Shown here piece after piece: positions 44,233 to 55,127 of a stretch of DNA of 64,000 nt. The first letter of the stretch is position 1. The number at the start of each line of letters is the position of its first letter. The position numbers and the translations under genes were made by a program. The stretch lies in contig NC_058368.1 in NCBI RefSeq assembly GCF_018350175.1, positions 201,998,001 to 202,062,000 on the forward strand, given 5' to 3'. A model generated the notes under the pieces. The model made no database searches. It was given only the letters and a program-made list of their open reading frames with translations, and had not been told where the DNA came from. Origin of the DNA: Felis catus. Its lineage: Eukaryota.

Positions 44233-46020
44233 AAAAACTATTAGATGTTACTATTTCATGTGGCATTTTGGCCACTACCTATAAAAGAATGTCAAGTGGA
44301 AAATCTCCAGCAACGGTTAAGAAAGGGGTGAGCAGGATACATTGAGGAATGTGTGCTATGATCTTGGTACCGTCACTCAATATTATACAACTTTTCTGAT
44401 CCCTCCTGTTTCCTCCATGAAATGAAACCCCAGGTAACAAGTCAGAGGCAGCACTTGGATTAGGATACAAAATCCCAGCCTCTCCATTTTGAATTTCTTT
44501 CTGCGACTCAGTCTAATCCTTTTGGAAAAGTATTCAAACCAATCTGCCTGACTCTCCTGCCAATTTCCTTTAAACATCAACCTCAGCTGAATCAGCCTCC
44601 TGCCAGTGTCCTCCTACTGAAAGCAGTAAGGTTTACATTCCCACTTTTTTGATTAAAAACAAAGGACTTCTCACTGTTACTATTCTCACACCTTCCGGAG
44701 ACTTGCCCTGCTTTTTCCACTCAAGAGGTTTGTGTACCTTGCCTCTTAAAGGGACTGTTCCCAAGGCAAAACATCACAAGAGTTACACATTTCCTTTTGC
44801 ACTTGGGCTTGTTCAGTGGAACCTGGAGCCTGATCAAGATAAATGAATGCTTTAGAAGGGATATAAAGTTAGGATACATGTGGCAGCTGGTTTACGGATG
44901 TCTGTATTTTTAATATATGGACTGGCCATATATTTATATTTTTATATAAATTTCTATATATATAGATATATATATATATCTATATATATTTCTATTTTTA
45001 TATACGGACTGGCCGTGGAAAGTGGTCACAACAGTTAGCACATTCTGGAGCTACCCAAACTTCCCTGCTCTTGAAGCTTGGTTTTTCTTTTTCCTCCTAT
45101 TCCTTCAGCTTCTGTCAGCTTGGATTTTGCCCATGCCACACCTAGACCTCTTTTCTCTTCTTGCTCCAATACTGGTGGGCTCTTCCATCCAGGTCCTGAT
45201 ATCAAGAAATGCAAAATGACCCCAGCCTCCAAGCCCATCTCCTTGGTGTTATCTCCACCTCTGTTCCATCACCAGAGTCCCTCAGAGATGGAAACCTGGC
45301 TTCGTACTCTGCAGCTCACACGCAAATTTGGGAAATACACAAGCTAGTTATAGCCAATACAGCCAGTGGGTGGCACTCTGAAATTTTAATGACTCTCAAT
45401 CACATTGTGGGCTTAATCGATATTAATATGACCCATGTCACCCTGGAGGGACCAAGTTTACTCAGCCTCATTGTCCTTACCAGCATCCAGCATGTATCAG
45501 GGGCTCTACATATTTACTTATTTCAGTGAAATAAGAATTAGAAATAAAACACTTTTATCAGCTTATGTCACTTTTTTATTGCTGTTGGTGGTACGAATAC
45601 TACTACTAAATGATATGGTCTAATAAATATCAGATATTAGACCATCTCATATCATTTATTAGTATTATTAGCGATATTATTTTCAAAGGATTATAGGCTT
45701 TCTTAGGGGTAAAGAATGTGGTGGGAACCCTCACGATTGTATTCAGCTCTGCAGCAGACTAGGCCAAGAAAAGAGAACTCCCAAGCAAGGAAGCAAAGAT
45801 ATCCAAGTTGATGTTTTGCATCAACAACAGATGATCTAGAACAGCTCATTCCTTCCCATCCGCACCCTCCTGGCTTCCGATCCACAAGTCAATCACATCC
45901 GCCTTCATCTTCCTGAGATATTTCCTCTTAAATACAACCTCTAAGTGAGCTATGCTCAAGAATGGAAAAAACAATACTTTTTTTTTTATCAGGAGAAGAA
46001 TGATGATAAGAGCCTTTTGG

Positions 46021-46022
<2 letters not shown>

Positions 46023-46099
<77 letters not shown>

Positions 46100-46100
46100 G
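46023..46100. repeat. Compound (GT)n(GA)n microsatellite
   Basis: Directly visible in the sequence. Confidence 0.95.
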
Positions 46101-47324
46101 CAGGGAAAGAGAGGTGGGGAGACACACACAGAGAGAGAAAATGAGAGAGAGAGAGAATATAAATGAATGAATATTAGATGTGGGTGGAAGAAATGTTTTG
46201 TATTCCTGATAGCCCAGTGAGAAACTCAGGGTGTATTTTCCTTTATAATCATTGTCAGAGCGTGGTATGATTTACATATTAATTTCATTAAAGGATTAAG
46301 GAGGAAGTGCATTCTACCTTCCAAAGCTGCGTTGAAGTGATCAAGCCTTTGGAATACAGCTTATTGGAGAGCTAGGTTCTGCTAGGTAGATTTTTTATTA
46401 GGCAGTATTGTAAAAGCTATGTATAAGCTGAACCAACAAAGGTGATCACTAATTTTGATAATATTTTTCAGGCACATGAGAAAAGAACTGGAAATCTAAT
46501 CTTGCACTAGGAGTAAGTTTCTGAGCAGAGTATTAAGAAAGTGAAATAAAAAAAGGCTCAGGTTTAATTTAAATTGAATGAGATGTTGAAAGAATGCAGC
46601 CAAGACTACACTCATAAATAAGCCTTTTTCCCTTTTTTGACTTACTTGATAGAGTTGGGGTGGTTTTCATGGGAGGTAAGTTCAGGTGCCTTGAAGTCAA
46701 AGAAACTGTAACCAGAATATACTCTCCAGACGAGTGGGCCAGGTGGAAATGGAAATTTTCTTCTTCAATAAAGGTTTTCAAAAGATGAAAGAAGTGACAG
46801 AGGAAAACCAAAAGTCACTTTGGTAGAGGGCGGCTGGGTCTGTCACTGGAAGACAAACAGAAACCTTCACTGTGTGTTCATTGTATCTTCTCTGTCCTCT
46901 TTTAATGCCCCTTTATTATGGTCTCTCTGTCTTTGTTTACTCATTTTCTTTCTGCCTCTTCATGTCTGTCTTTTCTACCACTCTTATCTAATTCCTCAAT
47001 GTCTTCATTTATGTTTTATAAAGAAACTACAAGTGGTAGGATAAGACAATGAATTTTTTTAAAGCTACTTGATATAAATCAGTAGGTATTTTTCAGTAAA
47101 AAAAAAAAAAGAATATAGAAAAAGTTGGAAATTTGGTCACATTTGATAGCTCCATATATTTCTGAATGTCTGGGAGCATATGAGACCTAGTTCATTGGAG
47201 CTTCCTGAAACATTTTTCATTCAATAGTATACAATATAACATTTTAGCTGTTACATACTAGCTTGTATGTATGATAATACATAGCTTGATAATACTATGT
47301 AACCACCTGTTCTTTTTCTTACAG

Positions 47325-47414
47325 TTTCACCTTTGACAAGTCTACCCATTGAAGAAGAAAGGATAACAAAGTATTCTAACCTTTCCTTGGAGAGTCATAA
47401 CGTACCACCCACAG
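47325..47414 (+). CDS. EMB: Embigin exon 2 copy 1 (most diverged): VSPLTSLPIEEERITKYSNLSLESHNVPPT
   Basis: Acceptor TCTTTTTCTTACAG|, donor CAG|GTAAAT, 90 nt, open frame. Similar to recalled human EMB DSPFTSPPLREEIMANNFSLESHNISLT. Confidence 0.75.
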
Positions 47415-47711
47415 GTAAATGTATCTCATTTCAAATAATACAGTGCCCCCCCCCCCAGAGTTTTTACTTTTGATTAAGTGACTGCATTTTGCTTCATGAG
47501 GTATTAATCCCTGCTCATGGTCTGATGGGAGAAACACACCAGTACCTCATCCAATTAGAAGGGAGCATGTAGGAGTCTAAGGCAAAGAGGGCAATGTGCT
47601 TGGTGTGCAGGGAGGGGGCAGCTGTGCTGTGGACACAGTCCTGTGGAAAAATAAGTAAAGTATTGCTTCATCTTGATAATAATATGTAGTCACCTGATCT
47701 TTTTCTTACAG

Positions 47712-47801
47712 CTTCACCTTTGACAAGTCTACCCATCCAAGAAGAAATGTTGACAAAGTATTCTAACCTTTCCTTGGAGAGTCATAACATATCATTGACT
47801 G
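47712..47801 (+). CDS. EMB: Embigin exon 2 copy 2: ASPLTSLPIQEEMLTKYSNLSLESHNISLT
   Basis: Acceptor TCTTTTTCTTACAG|, donor CTG|GTAAAT, 90 nt, open; contains the SLESHNISLT motif of embigin. Confidence 0.8.
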
Positions 47802-47986
47802 GTAAATGTACCACATTTCAAATAATACAGTGCCCCCCCCCCCCCAAAGTTTTTGTGTTTGATTAAGTGACTGCATTTTGCTTCATGAACTGTTAATCCC
47901 TGCTCATGGTCTGATGGGAGAAACACACCAGTACCTCATCCAATTAGAAGGGAGCATGTAGGAGTCTAAGGCAAAGAGGGCAATGA

Positions 47987-48222
47987 GGGGCGCCTGGGTG
48001 GCGCAGTCGGTTAAGCGTCCGACTTCAGCCAGGTCATGATCTCGCGGTCCGTGGGTTCGAGCCTCGCGTCGGGCTCTGGGCTGATGGCTCAGAGCCTGGA
48101 ACCTGTTTCCGATTCTGTGTCTCCCTCTCTCTCTGCCCCTCCCCCGTTCATGCTCTGTCTCTCTCTGTCCCCCCCCCCCAAAAAAATAAATAAAAAACGT
48201 TGAAAAAAAATTAAAAAAAAAA
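47987..48222 (+). mobile_element. Young felid CanSINE in EMB repeat unit 2
   Basis: TSD AAAGAGGGCAATG at 47973-47985 and 48223-48235; the same site is empty in the other three units. Confidence 0.95.
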
Positions 48223-48536
48223 AAAGAGGGCAATGTGCTTGGTGTGCAGGGAGGGGGCAGCTGGTCAGATGTGGGAAGGTTAAGGAAGCCTCTCTAGAAG
48301 AGGGACGCCAGAGAGGAAGGGAAGGTTCATTTTGATTGGCAGATGCTCGTACGTTTTCATCAATTCTTGCTGGTACGTCTATTCAAATGTCTCTGCATTG
48401 AGGAGGTCCTGGGAGACCTTTAGGCAGGGAAATGAAAGATGCTACTAAATGAGTCAATGACAGTCCTGTGGAAAAATAAGTAAAGTATTGCTTCATCTTG
48501 GTAATAATATGTAGTCACCTGATCTTTTTCTTACAG

Positions 48537-48626
48537 CTTCACCTTTGACAAGTCTACCCATCCAAGAAGAAATGTTGACAAAGTATTCTAACCTTTCCTT
48601 GGAGAGTCATAACATATCATTGACTG
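48537..48626 (+). CDS. EMB: Embigin exon 2 copy 3 (same nucleotide sequence as copy 2)
   Basis: Same splice sites and same 90-nt sequence as copy 2. Confidence 0.8.
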
Positions 48627-49109
48627 GTAAATGTACCACATTTCAAATAATACAGTGCCCCCCCCCCCCCCAAAGTTTTTGTGTTTGATTAAGTGACTGC
48701 ATTTTGCTTCATGAACTGTTAATCCCTGCTCATGGTCTGATGGGAGAAACACACCAGTACCTCATCCAATTAGAAGGGAGCATGTAGGAGTCTAAGGCAA
48801 AGAGGGCAATGTGCTTGGTGTGCAGGGAGGGGGCAGCTGGTCAGATGTGGGAAGGTTAAGGAAGCCTCTCTAGAAGAGGGACGCCAGAGAGGAAGGGAAG
48901 GTTCATTTTGATTGGCAGATGCTCGTACGTTTTCATCAATTCTTGCTGGTACGTCCATTCAAATCTCTGCATTGAGGAGGTCCTGGGAGACCTTTAGGCA
49001 GGGAAATGAAGGATGCTACTAAATGAGTCAATGACAGTGCTGTGGAAAAATAAGTAAAATATTGTTTCATCTTGATAATAATATGTAGTCACCTATCTTT
49101 TTCTTACAG

Positions 49110-49199
49110 CTTCACCTTTGACAAGTCTACCCATCCGAGGAGAAATGATGACAAAGTATTCTAACCTTTCCTTGGAGAGTCATAACATATCACTGGCTG
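49110..49199 (+). CDS. EMB: Embigin exon 2 copy 4: ASPLTSLPIRGEMMTKYSNLSLESHNISLA
   Basis: Acceptor TCTTTTTCTTACAG|, donor CTG|GTAAAT, 90 nt, open. The ORF track shows it at 49118. Confidence 0.8.
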
Positions 49200-49958
49200 G
49201 TAAATGTACCACATTTCAAATAATACAGTGCCCCCCACAAAGTTTTTGTGTTTGGTTAAGTGACTGCATTTTGCTTCATGAGGTATTAATCCCTGCTCAT
49301 GGTCTGATGGGAGAAACACACCAGTACCTCATCCAATTAGAAGGGAGCATGTAGGAGTCTAAGGCAAAGAGGGTAATGTGCTTGGTGTGCAGGGAGGGGG
49401 CAGCTGGTCAGATGTGGGAAGGTTAAGGAAGCCTCTCTAGAAGAGGGACGCCAGAGAAGAAGGAAAGGTTCATTTTGATTGGCAGATGCTCGTATGTTTT
49501 CATCAATTCTTGCTGGTACGTCCATTCAAATGTCTCTGCATTGAGGAGGTCCCGGGAGACCTTTAGGCAGGGAAATGAAAGATGCTGTCAAATGAGTCAA
49601 TGACAGTGATGTGGAAAAATAAGTAAAGTATTCTGTGCTGAAACTCAGCTCTGCTTTCGTTTTCACAGTTTTGGATTCTAGTATTTCAAAAGTAATCTCA
49701 GATTTTTTTAAATGAGTAAGAGTAGTTGTCTGTTTTAGTAACAATGTTAAAAGTATAACTAGAATTTAAAATACTGTAAACCCATTTATTGGGTCAATAG
49801 CATGTTTTATCCAATACCTGTCTAGTCTTTAACTGTCCTTTTGTCTTAAGAACTGTTTCTCTTTTTCTCATACAAACAGTATGCTTCCCACATCTCCCCT
49901 CTGATACTGACCTTTTTGCAGTATGTTTGCACTGACCTTTTTTTGGAGACCATTTCTT

Positions 49959-50189
49959 TTTTTTTTTTTTTTAATTTTTTTTTTTTCAACGTTTGTTTAT
50001 TTTTGGGACAGAGAGAGACAGAGCATGAACGGGGGAGGGGCAGAGAGAGAGGGAGACACAGAATCAGAAACAGGCTCCAGGCTCTGAGCCATCAGCCCAG
50101 AGCCCGACGCGGGGCTCGAACTCACAGACCGCGAGATCGTGACCTGGCTGAAGTCGGACGCTTAACCGACTGCGCCACCCAGGCGCCCC
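49959..50189 (-). mobile_element. Young felid CanSINE, antisense within EMB intron 2
   Basis: TSD GGAGACCATTTCTT at 49945-49958 and 50190-50203; CpG-rich and near-identical to the 47987 copy. Confidence 0.95.
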
Positions 50190-50649
50190 GGAGACCATTT
50201 CTTATGACTTTGTATAACTGTTTGTTCTCAGTCTCTATTCCAGTATTTGGAATTATCCTTAATTGTAAAACGTAATTGTGTCTTGTGTTGTTACCTAATT
50301 TTTTACTTTTTGCATGTTCTACTTGTTGGTTTTCTTCGTCAGATGAAATGTTTCTTCAAGACAGACCCATATGAGAACCTAAGCTTGCAAATCCTTTGAC
50401 AAGCCAGGTGATGTTGGCAACATCATGCCCCTCACTTACCCAGTAAGGACCCTGAGAAAAAAAGGGTTGGTGTCCGGGAAGAGAGAAAAAAGTGGACTTT
50501 TCAGTTGGTATTGGGCTGGTTATTTACTTACTTAACCCGTTTGGAGGGTTTAACTCCTAACTACTCTCTTATTCTAATTCTTCTATTAAAACCAGTATTC
50601 CTGCCATTCGGAAGAGACCTAGCACTCACAGTGGTCTATTAGTTATCAT

Positions 50650-50997
50650 CTGCCTTGGCTTGATCAAGCTTTAGTCAGGCTTTTTCTTCCTCCCAGGCCC
50701 CTGAACTTTGGTTTGCCCCAAGTCTGAGCAAGCACCCTGAGCACAGCCCAATCGTGCTGCCTCCATCCACCAGTTTGTTCTGTTTCCCCTCAAAAGTGCC
50801 CACTGACCGGCCCCTCCCCCCCCCCCCCCCCCCCCCCCCCCGCCCCACACCCCTGCTTCCTGTTAAAGGAAAGTGTTTTCTGTTTGGTTCTGAGATACTT
50901 GCAGACAGATCCAAAGTCTGGAGCATCTTCCTTACCGCAATAGACTCTTTGAATAAAATCTCTCCTTAGGTAAATCTGAATTCATTTTTATTCGACA
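50650..50997 (+). mobile_element. LTR-like relic (MER31/MER67-like) with an internal poly-C tract
   Basis: TTGATCAAGCTTTAGTCAGGCT start, AATAAA signal, ends TTCGACA. Confidence 0.45.
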
Positions 50998-51619
50998 AAA
51001 GAAAAGATTTGACGTTGATTTTGAAACAGTGGACTTTTGAGCTGGTTGCGTCTTCATGTAGGGTTGTTCTCATGGTTCCTGCCCATCGAAATGCTTGGTG
51101 TTAGGGACCGCCTTTACTGAAATACAGAAGTTAAGTCTGAAGATGTGTTGAAGCTCATTAGGAACCATGGGCTTTCTTCTTATTGCTGTCACTAGGATTT
51201 TTAATCCACTTTATGAGTGGAATGTTTTCATACTGTGATATTATTGTGTACTTGAACTGCACTTACATTTCTAGGTTGTCCTTATTATTTTCTCTTTCCC
51301 TCAGGCCCTTTTAGAAATGGATCTCTCTGTTAGGAGATAAAATGTTTCTTGTAGAGAGATTCAAATATAATACATTAGTTGCACATTTTGAACCATCATG
51401 ACGACACTGGCCCAGCTCCTAGCATGCTTCCTTACCAAAGATGCTATAGACTAGGGAAACACAGGATCCTGTGCCTGGCAGAATGGAAAACATGACCTTT
51501 GATTCATGGATGCCTGACCATTTACTTATTTTATGTTTTTAAAATGTTGCTAATTATTTACTTAACAGGCACATGGGATTGATTGACTACAGACAATGTA
51601 TATATTTCTAAATATAATG

Positions 51620-51790
51620 TAGTTCAGTTCTCATAACAACTCTGTGCAGTGGGTGCTATTACTATCTGCAATTTGCAGATGAGGAAAAGGAGGCACAACG
51701 AAATCAAGTGAATTGACCGAGGTCCCAGATGAGAAGTTGAAGTGTGGTTTTGAATCCAGGAAGTGTGCTGCCGGGGGCCATGCTATTAAT
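51620..51790 (-). mobile_element. MIR relic
   Basis: CTCATAACAACTCTGTG...TTTGCAGATGAGGAAA core. Other MIR-like pieces at about 5655-5750, 37250-37410 and 62170-62340. Confidence 0.65.
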
Positions 51791-52874
51791 CAGTATATAT
51801 GCTGTCTTTCTTAATGCCCAATTATCCATTTCCCTCAACAGTATTATTAAAAGAGTTATACCTATTTTAAGGAAACTTACATTATTTTTGAAAATATATA
51901 AAGTTTCAAAAACAATGAAAACAAATATTTTAATTACCTTATTCTTAAATACATTTGTTATAGAAATTACATTTGTGGAGATAATGAATATATTTGTGAA
52001 AGTATAACTGATTAAGAATAAGAGGTTTTCTTTTTTTCCCCCTTTTTTTCCCCTCTTCTGATATCATTGGGCTTTTAAAACTGCTCTTTTGATAATGGAC
52101 TTTTTTTTTTTTTTACATCACTAATTTTTCCATTGTCAGTGTTTGAAATTCATTGTCTGTGTTACAGCAGTTAGAGTGTTTTCTTTATTGTTACTTTATT
52201 CTTTTTTCTTTCCCTCTGCATATTATAGTGTTTGGTATCTCAATCAGTGTGTTATAGTTTAACTAAAGCGGTTAAAATCAAAACATCAGCGGGCAGTTTT
52301 CTTGACCACCCTGGTAATGTTGGGGTAGGCTCTCCCTGATGACAGATTTTATTTGCCATGTTGAAATGTTAGCAGCTGGCCTGGCAAGGTCCTGGTGAGA
52401 TGAGGAGTCAGACAAAGCAGTCACTAATGGAATAGATATTTAAATTAAGGTATGGAGTGAAATTTGAGAAGAGTCATTAAGGCTGGGAAAGGAAGGTAGG
52501 CGTGTTGCCTAGAGCTAGAGGCAAGAAGTCAGGGTTAGGACCTCTCAGACTCTAACCTGGTCCATGAGATTGAGAAAAAGGATTCAGGAAGAGAGAAAAA
52601 GAAATGGACTTTTTAGTCGAAAAGGAAAAAGAATAATGAGTCCCTTAGATTTGGCTGCTCAGACCCTTTGCGGCAGAGAAGACCTTAGAATGATTCCGAG
52701 GAGGTTCAAATGGGTGTGATGTTTCTCAGGGCCGGACTCTCAGTCATCACACCTTCTGCAGGCGCTGCTGATGTACAGAGAAAAACGAAGTGAATATTAG
52801 CATTCAGAGTGACAGAAAGATATGGAAGAGGGAGCCACCGTAGTGATATAAGTGGCAGTAGCTGCACTCATTCA

Positions 52875-53103
52875 CCATGGTTTCTCATTAGCAGAAATAC
52901 TGACCTTTTAAACGGGATCATTCTTTGTTGTAGGGGCAGTGGGGCTACCGGGGGGCACTGGAGGATGTTTGGTAGCATCCCTGGCCTCTACCTACTAGAT
53001 TTGAGTAGCACTCACCAAGTCGTGGCAACCGAAAAGGTCTTCACACGGTGCCACCCACATGTCCCCTGGGGAGGCAAAATCTACCCAGTTGAGAACTACT
53101 GCT
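52875..53103 (+). mobile_element. MER20 DNA transposon relic
   Basis: GGATGTTTGGTAGCATCCCTGGCCTCTACCTACTAGAT...CCCAGTTGAGAACTACTG. Confidence 0.75.
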
Positions 53104-53421
53104 CTATACCTAAAGAAGAGCTGTGTAACTGTGTCCCACCCCGTCAACATGAGAAGACAAATGATTTAATAATCACGTGGTTGTTAACATTGGGTGAAGA
53201 ATCTAATGGAAAAGTTAGATGATGGTGGTAAGGAGCAGGGACGGGACATCCTAGCATAAGTGGGACAGGGAACCTGATAGGATATAGTCCCATCTCTTCC
53301 CTTGTCTGCTGCTTACATTCAAATCTTCCCAGTCTTTCAGAATTAAGTCAAAAGCTACATCTTCAATGAAGCACATATAGAGAAGTAGTTTCTGTTTCTC
53401 TGATATGTATTTAGCATTTTA

Positions 53422-54128
53422 GTTTTTTTTTTTAATGTTTATTTATTTTTAACAGGAAGAGACAGAGTGTGAGCGGGAGAGGGGCAGAGAAAGAGGAAGA
53501 CACAGAATCAGAAGCAGGCTCCTGATAGCACAGAGCCTGACGTGGGACTCAAACTCATGAAACGAGAGATCGTGACCTGAGCTGAAGTCGAATGCTTACC
53601 TGACTAAGCCACCCAGGCACCTTTGTATTTAGCACTTTAAATTAATTTTTAATTACATAAGTAAAAGTGAGTTGATTTTCAAAAATATTGAAACATTTTG
53701 GGGCGCCTGGGTGGCTCAGTTGGTTGAGTGTCCAACTTTGGCTTAGGTCACGGTCTCCCGGTTTGTGGGTTCAGGCCCTGCGTCAGGCTCTGGGTTGACA
53801 GCTCAGAGCCTGGAGCCTGTTTTGGCTTCTGTGCCTCCCTCAGTCCCTGCCCCCCCCATACTCATGCTCTGTCTCTCTCTGCCTCTCAATAATAAACATT
53901 AAAAAAATATATTGTGGGGCGCCTGGGTGGCTCAGTCAGTTAAGCGTCCGACTTCGGCTCAGGTCACGATCTCGCGGTCCATGAGTTCGAGCCCCGCGTC
54001 GGGCTCTGGGCTGATGGCTCAGAGCCTGGAGCCTGTTTCAGATTCTGTGTCTCCCTCTCTCTGCCCCTCCCTCATTCATGCTCTGTCTCTCTCTGTCTCA
54101 AAAATAAATAAACGTTAAAAAAAATTAA
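53422..54128. mobile_element. CanSINE cluster: a minus copy at about 53422-53622 and a plus-strand tandem pair at 53700-53900 and 53916-54128
   Basis: The second plus copy is flanked by TSD AAAAAAATATATTGT (53901-53915 and 54129-54143), so it inserted at the tail of the first. Confidence 0.9.
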
Positions 54129-55096
54129 AAAAAAATATATTGTAACCTTTTATTTCCAGCAATATAGTAAATTAGGGAATCTGAAAATCCCCTACCATAT
54201 CTAGAAAATTTAAATTATCTCAAACATTCTTTTAAGTATTTAGTTAAGTACACAAAAAGTAAAAACAATATCTGCCAGCCAAAACTAATGACCAGCCACC
54301 AAGTTTGTGAACTGATGTGTTGCTTTTCTTTGTGTTTGTCAACAAGGTATTTGAGTTCCAAGAGCCACAGATCTGAGAATAAGGCCTTGAATCTAAGCAA
54401 GGAGGGGAGCTCGAACTGAAAATCCCCAGAAAGCCGATCCTTCCAGAAAGGTGGAACTGAAAACCGCCAGAAAGCTATAAATACAGTGAAAAGAGGTTTG
54501 GCCTAGGAAGTGAGAAGGGGTGGGGAACAGTGGGTTAGCACCAGGCCATGATTTTAGCTTTGGTTTAGCCTTGTTCTGCATCAAAAACAAAGACCCTGAG
54601 TACTCAAAGTCAAGGGCCTGCCCTCAATGAGATTTAGAGTGCACATTTACATTACTTGGATTATACAGGAGCCTGCAAGCTGAAAAATAACACAAACATG
54701 ACCCTGGCAGGTATTAATTCTGCAGAGAAGCAAATGAAAAAACTTTATGGAAGGACACATTGCCTGCTCTGGCTGTGGAATCTCTACTGAGGACTTACAA
54801 GTCAGAAATACAAAATACAGTGGAGTAGTCCCCAAGACTGAGAGTCAACTGAGGAACAGCAGGATTAGATTGTCTAGAGTTGTTATATCATGGAAATAGT
54901 AGGTAGAGGTATAGAAGAAGAAATATTAAAACATGAGAAAATATTACGCTATCAAAAAAAAAAAAGACAGAGCATGTTTGAAAAATAGCCAAATAGAATT
55001 TCTGGTGTTGAAAACAACTTGTCAGAGGAAGTCAAAGCCCTTTTGCACAACCCCTGCTTCTGTCTCAAGTCTCTCCTCTCCAGGAGTAACCTCTGT

Positions 55097-55127
<31 letters not shown>

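Larger units (their letters stand above)
47286..49632 (+). repeat. Tandem array of about 573-bp units, each holding one EMB exon 2 copy (4 units; unit 1 shortened, unit 2 interrupted by a SINE)
   Basis: Exon start spacings are 387, 825 and 573 bp. Intronic text repeats, e.g. CCCTGCTCATGGTCTGATGGGAGAAACACACCAGTACC four times and GTGGAAAAATAAGTAAA four times. Confidence 0.95.

Noticed and set aside
47286..49632. Repeat array read as CRISPR-like or as separate genes (ORFs 48770-48958 and 49337-49525 on the minus strand)
   Set aside because: It is a eukaryotic tandem duplication with no repeat-spacer structure. The minus ORFs are chance frames copied along with the unit.
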